A stretch of DNA of 32,000 nucleotides, from contig DANJ01000001.1 in the NCBI GenBank assembly GCA_002497285.1, positions 1 to 32,000 on the forward strand, given 5' to 3'. This document shows positions 30,501 through 32,000 of the stretch, piece after piece; the stretch's first letter is position 1, and every line of letters starts with the position of its first letter. Origin of the DNA: Candidatus Pacearchaeota archaeon UBA92 (lineage in GTDB: Archaea; Nanobdellota; Nanobdellia; Pacearchaeales; GW2011-AR1). The translations under genes were made by a program, and so were the position numbers. The notes under the pieces are model-generated. The model did no database searches. It had not been told where the DNA came from and worked only from the letters and a program-made list of their open reading frames with translations.

Positions 30501-30939
30501 AAAAATAAGCCTTAAAAAATTCTTTTCCATCTTTAGTCTTGCCTAACTTCAAATCGGTAAATCCTTCCAATGGAGAAGAAACAACTCCAAGAGTAACATA
30601 TGCAAAACCAACTCTTATTCCTGCTTCAATTGCCTGCAATAAGTTTTCAAATTTACAAAATTTTTCCCTTGCAATATCTTCCGCAATCTGTAAGGCCACA
30701 GAGATATTCAACTGCCCATATTCTTTTTCTAACTCCAATATTCGATTAATAATTCTCTTATCTTCTAATTGTGGATATAAAACAGAAATTAATCCTACAG
30801 ATTTCTCAGCTAATGAAATAGCCAAGGGAACTTCAACTTTCGAAACAGGATCTAAACCCATTTCCTTAGCTACTCTCGCAACTTCATAATGTTCATCAAC
30901 TCTTTTTCCAATTAAATCAAAATAGTCTTTTATTTTCAT
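27502..30939 (-). CDS. polC: DNA polymerase II (PolD) large subunit DP2
   Basis: 1145 aa. Conserved PolD blocks: [63 protein letters not shown], Cys clusters ([43 protein letters not shown]), and [11 protein letters not shown]. Contiguous, with no intein-sized insert. Confidence 0.95.
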   Translation of the reverse strand: [1145 protein letters not shown]

Positions 30940-32000
30940 TCTTTCTCTCCAAAATCCAGTATCTTTAGCTCGCGCGTTTTCAAATTTAAAACTGGAACCT
31001 TACAAGGGTCTGGAATATTTCCCACCTTTTCCTCAAAATCTGTCTGAGATTGCCAACAACTGCCCGTTATTATAAGAACACCATTGTAATTATCAATATC
31101 TAATCTGTGGACTTCTCCTGTGCAAAAGACATCTGGAACTTCTTTGATTACAAGGGGATCGTACTCTCCGTTTGGAACATAAACAACTGAAGAATGTGTC
31201 GGCGCAAGATGTCTTCTCTTTAACATATGCTTTACAGCCTTTGCAGGACAATTATGCGCTTTCATAAGCCTTAGCTCCTCAATTTCATTGATTAAGCTGT
31301 GTATGCTTGCTCCATGGTACATAAAAACTTTAAACTCCTTATTACCCTCGATTAATTTTATCATTGAGGGGTTTGAAACTAAAATCAAATTATCTATCTC
31401 ATGTAACACTGAACCATAGTCTTTTCCTATAATCGGCTGTGGTTCTGGAACTCTTACCGCATCGTGTTGTCCCGGACACATAAACATAGTAATTTTTTCT
31501 GGAATTTGTGTCAAGTAACTTGCCAAAAGCTGGTATTGTTCTTTTGTACTCTTTAAATCTAAAACTTTCTCCTGTCCTGGAAAAACACCAACCCCATCGA
31601 TATTATCTCCAACAAAAAAGATATAATCTATTTTCTTAGCGAGTTCATTATCACTCTTAAGCCAGTCAATAAATTTCTGAAACTCTTTTCCCAGATGTTT
31701 CTTACTACCTGCATGAACATCTGAAACAAAAGCAATACAGATTTCTTCATCAAATTTTGTTTTTTCTGTTAAAAAAGAATCGGGCCAAAAAATATCATAA
31801 ATAAAAATTAAGTCCTTATTTCCTGAAGCTTTTATAGCAACAACATCATCTAATTGTAACTCCTGTGCCTTCTGAAAACACTCGCTATCTGGTTTTACTA
31901 GTGCGCTTATCTCTCCGGTTAAATCCTCAAATTTAATAATCAAATTTTTATTCTTTGTAATTCTCTTTTCACTAACAATTCCGATAAGATTCAAACTTTG
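30936..32000 (-). CDS. polB: DNA polymerase II (PolD) small subunit DP1, N-terminus beyond the window
   Basis: OB-fold segment followed by calcineurin-like phosphoesterase motifs (FVSDVHAGS, FFVGDNIDG, CPGQHD, YHGASIH, CTGEVH). The track start is a TTG at 31994, so the gene very likely continues upstream. ATGA stop/start overlap with DP2 at 30936-30939. Confidence 0.9.
   Translation of the reverse strand, partial: QSLNLIGIVSEKRITKNKNLIIKFEDLTGEISALVKPDSECFQKAQELQLDDVVAIKASGNKDLIFIYDIFWPDSFLTEKTKFDEEICIAFVSDVHAGSKKHLGKEFQKFIDWLKSDNELAKKIDYIFFVGDNIDGVGVFPGQEKVLDLKSTKEQYQLLASYLTQIPEKITMFMCPGQHDAVRVPEPQPIIGKDYGSVLHEIDNLILVSNPSMIKLIEGNKEFKVFMYHGASIHSLINEIEELRLMKAHNCPAKAVKHMLKRRHLAPTHSSVVYVPNGEYDPLVIKEVPDVFCTGEVHRLDIDNYNGVLIITGSCWQSQTDFEEKVGNIPDPCKVPVLNLKTRELKILDFGEKE

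Noticed and set aside
27650-30889. Multiple + strand ORFs (64-156 aa) inside the PolD large-subunit gene
   Set aside because: The minus strand encodes a contiguous 1145-aa protein with the full set of PolD DP2 motifs. The + strand ORFs are shadows.
27502-30939. Intein or other insertion in PolD DP2
   Set aside because: The length (1145 aa) is ordinary for an intein-free DP2. Conserved blocks follow each other without an insert of several hundred residues, and there is no Cys/Ser...HN splice-junction pattern.

Overview
This is an archaeal chromosome segment. It is AT-rich: hand counts of 60-nt lines give about 28-33% G+C for most genes. It is also very compact, with stop/start overlaps, convergent 3' overlaps, and a largest gap of 3415-3854. 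The housekeeping genes are clearly archaeal: PolD small and large subunits (30936-32000, 27502-30939), aEF-1beta, an archaeal-type TyrRS, a DRG-type GTPase, an RPA-like OB-fold protein, and a Hef helicase with a separate XPF/Hef nuclease. Most first genes of transcription units look leaderless, with an 8-bp TATA box centred 23-27 nt upstream of the ATG. The tiny spacers, several catalytically degenerate enzymes and many very small membrane proteins suggest a reduced-genome (DPANN-like) archaeon, but that is inference only.

The accessory core (2447-18913) is a dispersed type IV pilus-like (Epd/Tad-like, non-archaellum) supercluster. It contains:
- an A24 prepilin peptidase;
- a 13-gene operon (10375 down to 4442) in which 11 products carry class III prepilin-like N-termini, two of them unannotated mini-ORFs of 47 and 36 aa;
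- an oversized FlaJ/TadC-type platform protein translationally adjacent to a proline iminopeptidase;
- a FlaI/GspE-type ATPase with a long N-terminal extension;
- a coiled-coil gene pair;
- a four-member family of small 4-TM proteins;
- a PRC-barrel protein.

I recognised no rRNA, tRNA, CRISPR array, transposase or integrase. All functional calls rest on motifs I could read by eye. No database search was run.
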